Below are positions 35,718-44,881 of a stretch of DNA of 64,000 nucleotides, piece after piece. Each line of letters begins with the position of its first letter. The stretch's first letter is position 1. This stretch comes from an uncultured Candidatus Saccharibacteria bacterium (GTDB taxonomy: Bacteria > Patescibacteriota > Minisyncoccia > UBA6257). Where the stretch lies: NCBI GenBank assembly GCA_964618625.1, contig CAZUBI010000001.1:164781-228780 (forward strand), given 5' to 3'. A program made the translations under genes and the position numbers. The notes below the pieces were generated by a model. It saw only the letters and a program-made list of their open reading frames with translations, did not search any database and was not told where the DNA came from.

Positions 35718-36644
35718 ATGCTTTGCATAATTGCCTTAATAGTTTTTGCATTTTTAGGAATTTTTAGCGCCAGCCATCGTGCGCTGGCAAAAGAAGCGCT
35801 TGATTGTGTTCTGCGGCGCATCACTTTAAGACCTTGTAATACTGGATTTAATGAAAAAATAAAGGGTAGGATGATTGGCAAACTACTTAATCGATCTGTG
35901 TTGGCCGCCCGCGTTTTCAATAAACACTTTGAATTAATTTCCTGGATTTTTATTATTTTGTCTTTAACAAGCGCTTTTTATGTAGTCAAAGGAGGCTACA
36001 ATTATTATCTATATGGTAGTTGCAATGGTTTAAATCAGAGTGGATTCTGCGTATTTGATCCGATGGGAGGAAGTAATAAAGTATCGCCAGTTAATAGCAA
36101 TACTTGCCCTATTCACCAGGATACCAAAGAAGCCGTAACCTTGACCGGTTTAGATCTTGCCCAATTCCCGCAAAAAAAGTTTGATTCTAAAAATCAAGTT
36201 GTTTTTATCGGATGTTATAACTGCGATTATAGTCGTAAGGTTTACCCCCTTATTCAAAAACTTATCAATAAAAATAAAGCTGATTTTACTTTTATTCATA
36301 TCCCGGCTAAGGAGGAAACGAATTATATTTCCGACTATGTATATTGTCTCTACAAAGAAGATCAAGAAAAATTCTGGAGCTTTAACGATAATCTGTTTGC
36401 TTCCGATAAAAAAGATATAGAAAACAATGATTACATTAAACAGTTGGCCGGAAATGTCGGCTTTGATATGACAAAATTACAGCAATGTGTTTCAAGCAGT
36501 GAAACCAAAAACGTTGTCAGTCAACAGTTTGAACAAATTCAGGCTACGGGAGTCTATGGCACGCCCACCATTTTTATAAATGGCGAAACGCTTGTTGGAC
36601 CCAAGCCTTACAGGGTTTATGAAAAAATGCTTAAAAATAATTAA
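35718..36644 (+). CDS. membrane-anchored DsbA-like thioredoxin-fold protein
   Basis: 308 aa; N-terminal TM region with Cys pairs; CYNC CxxC in a DsbA-like C-terminal domain. Confidence 0.6.
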   Translation: MLCIIALIVFAFLGIFSASHRALAKEALDCVLRRITLRPCNTGFNEKIKGRMIGKLLNRSVLAARVFNKHFELISWIFIILSLTSAFYVVKGGYNYYLYGSCNGLNQSGFCVFDPMGGSNKVSPVNSNTCPIHQDTKEAVTLTGLDLAQFPQKKFDSKNQVVFIGCYNCDYSRKVYPLIQKLINKNKADFTFIHIPAKEETNYISDYVYCLYKEDQEKFWSFNDNLFASDKKDIENNDYIKQLAGNVGFDMTKLQQCVSSSETKNVVSQQFEQIQATGVYGTPTIFINGETLVGPKPYRVYEKMLKNN

Positions 36645-36663
36645 TTATTATAAAAATAAAAAT

Positions 36664-37491
36664 ATGTCAAAAAATAAATATCATACAAACCAGCAAGGGG
36701 AAAAATATTGGCCGATTTTTGTAGTCGTAGTTGTTGTTTTGATTGTCGGAGGGTTTTTTCTTTTGAGAAAGTCTGAAGAAAAAAATATTAGCCAAAGCCA
36801 ATGTCAAGTCAAAGAGATGATTTTTTATTATCGAGATGGTTGTTCTTGGTGTCAAAAAGTTAAAAATGAGGGAACAATTAAGAATATTAAAGAATTAGGA
36901 GTAAGTGTTAAAGAAATTAATACAGATATTGGTCCGATCAAGCATCAATTTCAAGGAGTACCAACTTTTGTCATTGATGAAAAGGTTTACTCCGGTTATA
37001 AAACCTTTGAAGAGTTAAAGGAGCTTCTTGTCTGCTCAACGGACGGCAAGCAAGGTCTTGAAACTCAAAATCAAGCATCGCTTCCGGTTCAGGCCGAAAA
37101 AGCCTTTTTTGGCGAAAAGGGCGAAAATGTATTCTTGGAAAATGGAGAAATTAAATTGGACGCTTCGCAATTTAATGATAATCAAGCGCGTTTCTACAAC
37201 ATAAAAATGTCCGGCGGAAAAATAATTTATTTTTTTGCAGTGAAGGATAAAAACGGAATTTACAGAGCCGCCGCTAATGCCTGCGCGATCTGTTTTAAAA
37301 CATATAAAGGATTTCGCCAGGAAGGCAACGAGATCGTCTGTAATAATTGCGGGAATCGTTATCCGATAGAAAAAATCGCCACTGAAAAAGGCGGCTGCAA
37401 TCCCGGCCCGATTAATCCGAATTTATCAATTCAAAGCGGTAAAATTATTATAGAGCAGGCCGACATTGAACAAGTCGCCGATCTTTTTTGA
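36664..37491 (+). CDS. membrane-anchored thioredoxin/glutaredoxin-like protein with C-terminal Cys-rich domain
   Basis: Start at MSKNK (ATG 36664) chosen to avoid overlap with the upstream gene; CSWC active site; C-terminal CAIC..CNNCGN Cx2C pairs. Confidence 0.6.
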   Translation: MSKNKYHTNQQGEKYWPIFVVVVVVLIVGGFFLLRKSEEKNISQSQCQVKEMIFYYRDGCSWCQKVKNEGTIKNIKELGVSVKEINTDIGPIKHQFQGVPTFVIDEKVYSGYKTFEELKELLVCSTDGKQGLETQNQASLPVQAEKAFFGEKGENVFLENGEIKLDASQFNDNQARFYNIKMSGGKIIYFFAVKDKNGIYRAAANACAICFKTYKGFRQEGNEIVCNNCGNRYPIEKIATEKGGCNPGPINPNLSIQSGKIIIEQADIEQVADLF

Positions 37492-37524
37492 AAACATTAA
37501 AATTAAAAATTAACCGCAAATATT

Positions 37525-39756
37525 ATGGAAAAAACAATCTTAAAAATCTCTGGAATGCATTGTGCTTCTTGCTCGGCAATAATTGAAAACGCCCTTAAAA
37601 AAGAAAGGGGCGTTATTTCAGTAAATGTTAATTTTGCCTCAGAAAAAGCGAATTTAGAGTTTGATCCTAAAAAGATTAAAATTGAGGAAATTCAAAAAAT
37701 TATTCAAGGATTAGGGTATAAGATCGAGAAAGATATTAATAAAGAAGCTATCAACTATCAAAAAAGCCAAAAAATAAAACAATTAAAAAAACGGTTTATT
37801 ATTTCTTTTGTTTTTGGTTTACCTCTCATTTATATTGTTATGGGCGGAATGCTCAGTTTGCCAATACCGCAATTTTTCAAAGAATGGAATATTTTAATTC
37901 AATTTATTTTAGCAACCATTGTAATTTTAGTTTGCTTTAATCTTTGGATTTCTGGCTTTAAGAATTTAATACGACTGAGGCCTAATATGGATTCTTTAAT
38001 TTTTATTGGCACGGCTACTGCTTATTTTTATAGTCTTGCTGTCACCACCTTTTTTTGGCTAGGCGTTCAAAAACTGCCTCTTCATTTATATTATGAAAGC
38101 GCTGTCTTTATCCTTATTTTTATTTCACTTGGCAAATATTTAGAAGCAGTTACTAAAGGAAAGACCAGTGAAGCCATTAAAAAATTAATTGGGTTGCAGC
38201 CAAAGGAAGCGACAGTTATCAAAGATAGACAGGAAATCAAAATCCCAATCTCTGAAGTGAAAGTTGGTAGTGTTATTTTGGTGAGACCGGGTGAAAAGAT
38301 TCCAGTTGATGGAGTTGTAATTGATGGGTATTCGGGCGTTGATGAGAAAGCAATTACTGGCGAGAGTATTCCAGTTGAGAAAAGCAAGGGAGACGAAGTC
38401 ATTGGCGCAACAATTAACAAGACGGGAGTTTTAAAATTTAAAACAACAAAGATTGGAAAAGATACAATGCTTGCTCAAATTATTAAAACAGTAGAAGAAG
38501 CCATGGAGTCTAAAGCGCCAATTCAACTTCTGGCTGACAGAGTTTCTTTTTATTTTGTTCCAGGAGTAATCGGGATAGCCATTTTAGCTTTTATTGTCTG
38601 GATTGTTTTAGGCCAACCCTTTGTTTTTGCCTTGACAATTTTCGTTGCGGTTCTTATTATTGCTTGCCCCTGCGCCTTAGGGTTGGCGACACCGACAGCA
38701 GTGATGATGGGGACAGGTTTAGCGGCGCAAAACGGTATTTTAATCAAAACCAGTAAGGCTTTAGAAACAGCCCAGAAAGTGAATATAGTTGTTTTTGATA
38801 AAACAGGCACCTTAACTAAAGGTGAGCCAGAAATAACAAATATTGTAAACATCTCGAATTCCAAATCTCAAGAACAAATTTTGCAATTAGCTGCTTCAAT
38901 AGAAAAAAATTCTGAACATCCTCTTGCCCAAGCCGTTACTCAAAAAGCTCAAAAAGAAAATATAAGCTTGTTAGATGTCCAAAATTTTGAGGCAATACCT
39001 GGTAAAGGTGTTATGGCTCTATCTAAAGGTGCTAAGATTTTATTAGGAACAAGAAAATTAATGAGCGAAAATAATATCAATGTAGATTTTATTGAAGAAA
39101 AATTAGTAAAATTAGAAAACCAAGGTAAAACAGCAATGATTTTGGCTCATAATGGAAATGTTGTCGGAATAATTGCTGTAGCTGATACTTTGAAAAAGTA
39201 TTCTAAAGAAGCAGTAACCATGTTACACAAATTAGGTAAAAAAGTTGCCATAATCACTGGGGATAATAAAAGAGTGGGACAAGCTATTGCTCAACAAGTT
39301 GGTATAGATAGAATTTTAGCTGAAGTTTTGCCGCAGGAAAAATCAGAGGAAATTAAAAAATTACAAAAAGAAGGAAATATAGTGGCAATGGTAGGCGACG
39401 GAATAAACGACGCTCCAGCTTTAGCTCAGGCAGATTTAGGCATTGCTTTGGGCTCTGGCACTGATATTGCCATAGAAACAGGAGAAATAGTTTTAATAAA
39501 AGATGATCTACGGGATGTAGTTAAAGCTATTGATTTGAGTAAATATACTTTTAAAAAAATCAAACAAAATCTTTTCTGGGCTTTCTTTTACAATAGTATT
39601 GGTATTCCTATTGCCGCGGGCATTTTATATCCGCTAACTGGTTGGCTTCTCAATCCAGCAATCGCGGCTTTAGCCATGGCTTTTTCCTCAGTAAGCGTTA
39701 TCTCTAATGCTCTTTTAATGAAACGATATAAGTTACAAACTGTTAAAAAATTTTAG
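37525..39756 (+). CDS. copA: copper-translocating P1B-type ATPase
   Basis: 743 aa; N-terminal HMA GMHCASC, CPC in TM6 ([12 protein letters not shown]), [17 protein letters not shown]. Confidence 0.9.
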   Translation: MEKTILKISGMHCASCSAIIENALKKERGVISVNVNFASEKANLEFDPKKIKIEEIQKIIQGLGYKIEKDINKEAINYQKSQKIKQLKKRFIISFVFGLPLIYIVMGGMLSLPIPQFFKEWNILIQFILATIVILVCFNLWISGFKNLIRLRPNMDSLIFIGTATAYFYSLAVTTFFWLGVQKLPLHLYYESAVFILIFISLGKYLEAVTKGKTSEAIKKLIGLQPKEATVIKDRQEIKIPISEVKVGSVILVRPGEKIPVDGVVIDGYSGVDEKAITGESIPVEKSKGDEVIGATINKTGVLKFKTTKIGKDTMLAQIIKTVEEAMESKAPIQLLADRVSFYFVPGVIGIAILAFIVWIVLGQPFVFALTIFVAVLIIACPCALGLATPTAVMMGTGLAAQNGILIKTSKALETAQKVNIVVFDKTGTLTKGEPEITNIVNISNSKSQEQILQLAASIEKNSEHPLAQAVTQKAQKENISLLDVQNFEAIPGKGVMALSKGAKILLGTRKLMSENNINVDFIEEKLVKLENQGKTAMILAHNGNVVGIIAVADTLKKYSKEAVTMLHKLGKKVAIITGDNKRVGQAIAQQVGIDRILAEVLPQEKSEEIKKLQKEGNIVAMVGDGINDAPALAQADLGIALGSGTDIAIETGEIVLIKDDLRDVVKAIDLSKYTFKKIKQNLFWAFFYNSIGIPIAAGILYPLTGWLLNPAIAALAMAFSSVSVISNALLMKRYKLQTVKKF

Positions 39757-39770
39757 GGAGTTATTTCGGT

Positions 39771-39849
39771 TGGTCGGGGTGACAGGATTCGAACCTGCGA
39801 AGTCTCTCGCACCCCATGCGAGCGCCCTAAACCACTGGGCCACACCCCG
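39771..39849 (-). tRNA. trnP: tRNA-Pro (anticodon GGG)
   Basis: Cloverleaf read by eye: acceptor CGGGGTG/CACCCCG, D-stem GCCC/GGGC, anticodon stem CTCGC/GCGAG with loop ATGGGGT, T-arm GCAGG-TTCGAAT-CCTGT, encoded CCA. Confidence 0.85.
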
Positions 39850-39859
39850 AAGGTCTGTG

Positions 39860-40054
39860 TTATTTTTCCGTAATCTCAATAGCCCCAACAGGACAATTTT
39901 CTGCTGCTTGTTTTATGCAATCTTTGTGTTTTTCTAAATCTACTTCTTCTTTAATTTTTGATTTTCCATCTTTTAATTCAAAAACCTCGGGGCAAAGACT
40001 GATACATACTCCGCAACCGAGGCATTTTTGTTTATCTATTTTTACCTTTTTCAT
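39860..40054 (-). CDS. 4Fe-4S ferredoxin
   Basis: ORF-track frame 39860-40093; likely start MKKVKID; CLGCGVCISLCP and C..C..CP clusters. Confidence 0.75.
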   Translation of the reverse strand: MKKVKIDKQKCLGCGVCISLCPEVFELKDGKSKIKEEVDLEKHKDCIKQAAENCPVGAIEITEK

Positions 40055-40112
40055 AAGGGTGTAAAGGGATTGCCACGGCCTTCGGCCTCGCAATGACAGG
40101 TAGATTGTCAGT

Positions 40113-40304
40113 TTAGGTGATTGTTTTAGAGAGGCGTTTGCGGCATTTAGTGCAAGCCTTTACTCTTTTACCATCTGGCATTCTAAACCATTGCAAATTA
40201 GGCTTCTGGCGATGTTGAGCAACTGGATTATAAGCTGAATGCACTTTTTTGTATTTAGTGGCATTTTGATAGCTTTTTCCGCAAATTGAACAAACTCGTG
40301 ACAT
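40113..40304 (-). CDS. rpmB: 50S ribosomal protein L28
   Basis: 63 aa; MSRVCSICGK..PNLQ..KACTKC L28 pattern. Confidence 0.8.
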   Translation of the reverse strand: MSRVCSICGKSYQNATKYKKVHSAYNPVAQHRQKPNLQWFRMPDGKRVKACTKCRKRLSKTIT

Positions 40305-40486
40305 AATAGTAATAATTGAAGTAAATAACGGGCCCTACCCGCAACTAAGGTCGAATCAGCTAGTAGTAAAGTGGGTGCTCGCGCTTTTGCCCAACAGGAC
40401 AAAAGACATTGAGCTCCCTAAGAAAACCAACTTGTCCTGAATCGTTCCTTAATCCGGCAAGACCCAGTGGATTATAGCATAAAAGT

Positions 40487-41896
40487 TTAAGATTTTAAAG
40501 TCTTGATGTGAAGATCCTTCAACTGCTTTTCATCCACTTCTGCTGGAGCATTCATCATTAAATCTTTACCGTCTCCGGTTTTAGGAAAAGCAATTACTTC
40601 CCGAATACTCGATTCATCTTCCAAAATCATTACAATTCTATCAAGTCCCAATGCAATGCCCCCATGAGGGGGAACTCCATACTTAAACGCTCCGATTAAA
40701 TGACCAAATTTTTCCGCAATGTCTTCTTTTTTATGACCCAATATTTCAAAAATAGTTTCTAATAGTTTTGGTTCATGAATTCTTAAAGAACCGCCTCCAA
40801 TCTCATAACCATTTAAAACAAAATCATATTGGTCAGCAAATGGTTTGCCTGGATCTTTTTTAATTCTTTCAATCAGCTGCTCAATTGTTTCGTCTTTTTC
40901 TAATTTAGGCCTTGTAAATGGATGATGGACAGCTCCCCATTTCTTTTCTTCTTTTTTAAATTCAAAAAGAGGAAAGTCAACAATAAAAACAAAAGCTAAT
41001 TCATTTGGATTGTCTTTATCTTTTCTCAAATCAGGCTTATCTGATTTATATTTTTCAACTGCATCTTTGTATTTAATGCGGGGGAAAGGAAATTCTTTTA
41101 TCTTTTTCTCAGGATAAATCTTTTCAATTAATTGTTTAAATAAATTTTCTATTAAGCTTAAAATGTCTTCCTGGGCAGGAAAATCCATTTCCAAATCTAA
41201 TTGGGTAAATTCAGGTTGTCTGTCTCCACGCGTATCTTCATCCCGAAAACAACGGGCAATTTGAAAATATCTTTCAATCCCGGCCACCATTAAAAGTTGT
41301 TTGTATTGCTGGGGGCTTTGCGGTAAAGCGTAAAATTTTCCCGGTTCCAAGCGGGAGGGAACAATATAATCACGAGCTCCTTCTGGAGTAGATTTAGTTA
41401 AAATAGGTGTTTCTACTTCTATAAAACCATCATCTGAAAGAAAGTCACGTATAAACTTAATTATTTTATGCCTATAAATAAGATTTTTACTTAAACGCTC
41501 ACGACGCAAATCCAAATATCTATATTTTAAACGCACTTCTTCATTAATATCTCTGCCATCAGCTGATAAATCAAATGGTGGAGTAAGCGCTTCGCTTAAT
41601 ATTTTTAATTCAGTTGCTTCAATTTCTATGGAGCCTGTTGGCATTTTGGGATTTTCCATTGATTTGGGCCGAGCTTTCACAACACCCTTCATCTCTACAA
41701 CCCATTCTGAACGCAGTTTATTGCCTAATCCATAAGTTTCTTTTTTGTCTGGGGAAAAAACTATCTGTACTTTGTCTGTTCTATCACGTAAATCAATAAA
41801 AATAATCTTTCCGTGATCTCTACGGGAATCTACCCATCCATAAAGGGTTATCTCTTCATCAATATGTTGTGGCGTGTCCTTTATCCAAAGACGCAT
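40487..41896 (-). CDS. aspS: aspartate--tRNA ligase (short form lacking the GAD insertion)
   Basis: 469 aa; class II motif 2 FRDEDTRGDRQPEFTQLD; N-terminal OB-fold anticodon-binding domain. Confidence 0.85.
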   Translation of the reverse strand: MRLWIKDTPQHIDEEITLYGWVDSRRDHGKIIFIDLRDRTDKVQIVFSPDKKETYGLGNKLRSEWVVEMKGVVKARPKSMENPKMPTGSIEIEATELKILSEALTPPFDLSADGRDINEEVRLKYRYLDLRRERLSKNLIYRHKIIKFIRDFLSDDGFIEVETPILTKSTPEGARDYIVPSRLEPGKFYALPQSPQQYKQLLMVAGIERYFQIARCFRDEDTRGDRQPEFTQLDLEMDFPAQEDILSLIENLFKQLIEKIYPEKKIKEFPFPRIKYKDAVEKYKSDKPDLRKDKDNPNELAFVFIVDFPLFEFKKEEKKWGAVHHPFTRPKLEKDETIEQLIERIKKDPGKPFADQYDFVLNGYEIGGGSLRIHEPKLLETIFEILGHKKEDIAEKFGHLIGAFKYGVPPHGGIALGLDRIVMILEDESSIREVIAFPKTGDGKDLMMNAPAEVDEKQLKDLHIKTLKS

Positions 41897-41958
41897 AATA
41901 TTAAAAAATTAAAAATTTGATATGATTTTATTGTATAATAAAAAGCGTTATTAGGCAA

Positions 41959-42783
41959 CTATTTAATTTTAAAACGGATTGTACCGTCTAAATCAGTACG
42001 AAAGATTTGAGCGCCAATGTTTCTTAAACGCTCAAGCGTATCAGGATGAGGATGACCATAACTATTTTCCCCAACTTCAATAACCGCTATTTGAGGTTTA
42101 AATTCTTCTAAAAACAACGCAGAAGATGAATAGCGAGAACCGTGATGCGGAACTTTTAATATCCGGGAATTATTATCAGGGCAGAGGAGCAAAGACAAGA
42201 TTTTCTTTTCTTGAGCAGAACTAATGTCTCCGGTAAAAAGAAAACAATTTTGTCCCAAAAATAACATGTGAACTGAACTAAATTTATTAGGATCTTGCCT
42301 GGAAGAAACCATTATGTCTGGATAAAGAAATAAAAGATTGTCTTGATTTTCCCAACTTACCTTTGTGCCAATTATTCCTTTAATTATCAATGTTTCTCTT
42401 TTATCTAATTCCTGAAGCAGTTTTTGAAACAAAGAATTGGAATAAGATAAATTATTAAGTATTATAGCCCTAACTTTATATCTTTCCAATATATCAAACA
42501 AACCATTAAAATGGTCTTTGTTAGGATGAGAAAGTATAAATAAATCAATTGTCCTGTCGTAAAAAGGCAGTAATTTATCTAATTCAGAAAGAATCTTTGC
42601 GTCAGGACCAGCGTCAATCAAAATGTTGCCTCCTGGAATTTGAATAAATTCAGCGTCGCCTTGCCCAACAGACAAAAAACTCACTTCACCTTTAGACATA
42701 CAAAGAAAATCAAGAATAATCCAATAAGCAAAAATATTGGCGGCAATAAGAATTATTAAAAAATATTTAAAAGGTTTTTTCAT
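41959..42783 (-). CDS. comEC: ComEC C-terminal metallo-beta-lactamase domain protein
   Basis: ORF-track frame extends to 42870, but MKKPF (ATG 42783) overlaps the upstream TGA as ATGA; HPNKDH..VPHHGS MBL motifs. Confidence 0.7.
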   Translation of the reverse strand: MKKPFKYFLIILIAANIFAYWIILDFLCMSKGEVSFLSVGQGDAEFIQIPGGNILIDAGPDAKILSELDKLLPFYDRTIDLFILSHPNKDHFNGLFDILERYKVRAIILNNLSYSNSLFQKLLQELDKRETLIIKGIIGTKVSWENQDNLLFLYPDIMVSSRQDPNKFSSVHMLFLGQNCFLFTGDISSAQEKKILSLLLCPDNNSRILKVPHHGSRYSSSALFLEEFKPQIAVIEVGENSYGHPHPDTLERLRNIGAQIFRTDLDGTIRFKIK

Positions 42784-44186
42784 GTTCTTTTGCGGATGTA
42801 GAAGAAGAGAAAAATATAATAAGGAATAATGAACCAATGCAAAACAGATGGAATATAAATCTGCGACCAAGACAAAGAAGAAAATAATGAAATAACTTTT
42901 AGGAAATAGGCAAGAATTAAATTAAGCAAGGCCCCGAGAAAAAGCCCGAATGGATAAAACAATAAAGAAGAAATCGCTACAATTGCTCCACCTGCCATTA
43001 TTAAAGGAACTAAAGGGAGAATTAAAAGATTTGTAATCGGAGAAACCAAAGAAAGAACCTGCATTTTAAATATCACCCAAGGAATAACAAATGTTAAAGC
43101 TGAAGATGTAGAAAGAACTGTTTCTCTAATAATTTGGCCTTTTTTATTAAACCAATCCTGTTGCCAAAATGGACTTTCTTTCCATATAGGATAAAGAAAA
43201 ATTATTCCTGCAGTAGCTAAAAAAGAAAGTTGAAAACCCAAATCCCAAAAAAGAACCAAAGGATTTAGCCAAATCATTATCACAGCAGCTAAAAGCAGAG
43301 CATTAAAGGAATTGTAAAGACGAAAACTGAAGCGGGATAAAATCAATAAAGACGCCATAATAGCAGCCCTAATAATAGACGGGGTTAAACCTGCCATAAA
43401 AGCAAAGCTTAATATAAACAGAGAAGAAATAATAAAATTAACAGAATTACTCATACATAAAATATCAAGAAAACCAGAAAGCGCTTTTGCTATTATTGAT
43501 AAATGAAGGCCGGACGCGACAATAACATGGGACAAGCCACATCTTCTTATTTGCTTTTCCAAAACAGACGTTAAATTATTTTTAGCGCCAAACATTAAAC
43601 TAATAAGAAGGCTGGATTTGGGTTCAGGAATTATTTTTTGTAAAGATGATGTAATTTTATTTTTTACTAATAAAGCGGTTCTCCTCAAAGAAAATTTAGC
43701 AGGAGAAAAAAGCTCTATTGAGGGATAACTTATTTTTCCAGAAATAATTATTGAACTATATGAACGAAATTCAGAAAAAGGCTTAACTTTACCCTTAATA
43801 TTTATGATATCCCCATAATGATAACGGGGATACCTGTCTGTATAAATAACAATTTTTGGAATGATAATTCTTTGATAATTCTCTTTGAAAATAGGCTCAG
43901 CAATAATTGCAGCCTTGATTTCTATTTGCTCTTCCTCAATAATGGCAGTATTTTTTAATTCCCTAAAAACAACAAAATATCGATATCCTCCTAAAAATAA
44001 ACTTAATAAAACTAAAATCAAAACAATAAATTCTTTTTTTCTGACAAAAAAATAGGCACAAATTAAAAAAGCGAAAAAGCAAATCGCCTGTAAAGAAAAA
44101 GACGAGTTAGTAAAATAAGACAAAATTACACCAATTAAAAAAGACGCCCCGCATTGGCGAAATACTCTTGAAGCCGAAAGCGTCAT
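42780..44186 (-). CDS. comEC: ComEC N-terminal competence membrane domain protein
   Basis: 468 aa polytopic membrane protein; ends in a TGA that overlaps the ATG of the MBL-domain ORF. Confidence 0.7.
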   Translation of the reverse strand: MTLSASRVFRQCGASFLIGVILSYFTNSSFSLQAICFFAFLICAYFFVRKKEFIVLILVLLSLFLGGYRYFVVFRELKNTAIIEEEQIEIKAAIIAEPIFKENYQRIIIPKIVIYTDRYPRYHYGDIINIKGKVKPFSEFRSYSSIIISGKISYPSIELFSPAKFSLRRTALLVKNKITSSLQKIIPEPKSSLLISLMFGAKNNLTSVLEKQIRRCGLSHVIVASGLHLSIIAKALSGFLDILCMSNSVNFIISSLFILSFAFMAGLTPSIIRAAIMASLLILSRFSFRLYNSFNALLLAAVIMIWLNPLVLFWDLGFQLSFLATAGIIFLYPIWKESPFWQQDWFNKKGQIIRETVLSTSSALTFVIPWVIFKMQVLSLVSPITNLLILPLVPLIMAGGAIVAISSLLFYPFGLFLGALLNLILAYFLKVISLFSSLSWSQIYIPSVLHWFIIPYYIFLFFYIRKRT

Positions 44187-44878
44187 CTTATATTACATTT
44201 GGAAAAATACGGTTTTATTTTTTTTAATAACTGCTTTGTCCTTTGTTCTGACCATGGTTGAGCATTTTTAAATTTTTCATCCAAAACTTTGCCTCTCTGA
44301 AAACGCTGAAGATAGTAATGGGGAGCGAATTTTATCCAATCAACAATGGCTAAAACATCCTGCTCATCTAAAACATCAGAAACCAAAGTTGTTCTAAATT
44401 CGTAATCAATTTTATCCCGTTTTAATAATTCTATACTTTTATCAACTTTTTCTACAATATTCTTATCTTCACTAAAAATTTCATACTTTTCTTTCGGCGC
44501 TTTTATATCCATTGCCACATAATCTATTAATTTTTCCTCAATTAAATTATTTAAAACATTCGGACAAGAACCATTCGTGTCTAATTTTATCAAAAAACCC
44601 AAATCCTTTACTTTTTTTATAAAATCAATCAAATCAGGTTGAATAGCAGGTTCTCCTCCAGTAATACATAACCCTTCTAATAGTTTCCGGCGTTCTTTTA
44701 AAAAATCAAGAATTTCTTTTTCTGTAATTTTTGGCTGTTTTTTTATTAATTCTGGCAAAACTAATTCTGGATTATGGCAATATGGGCAACGAAAATTGCA
44801 GCCAACAGCGAAAACAGTAGCTGCCACTTTCCCCGGATAATCAACTAAAGTTGTTTTTTGCAAACCGCCAAACAACAT
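44183..44878 (-). CDS. nrdG: anaerobic ribonucleoside-triphosphate reductase activating protein
   Basis: 231 aa; radical-SAM CNFRCPYCHNPE. Confidence 0.85.
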   Translation of the reverse strand: MLFGGLQKTTLVDYPGKVAATVFAVGCNFRCPYCHNPELVLPELIKKQPKITEKEILDFLKERRKLLEGLCITGGEPAIQPDLIDFIKKVKDLGFLIKLDTNGSCPNVLNNLIEEKLIDYVAMDIKAPKEKYEIFSEDKNIVEKVDKSIELLKRDKIDYEFRTTLVSDVLDEQDVLAIVDWIKFAPHYYLQRFQRGKVLDEKFKNAQPWSEQRTKQLLKKIKPYFSKCNIR

Positions 44879-44881
44879 AAT

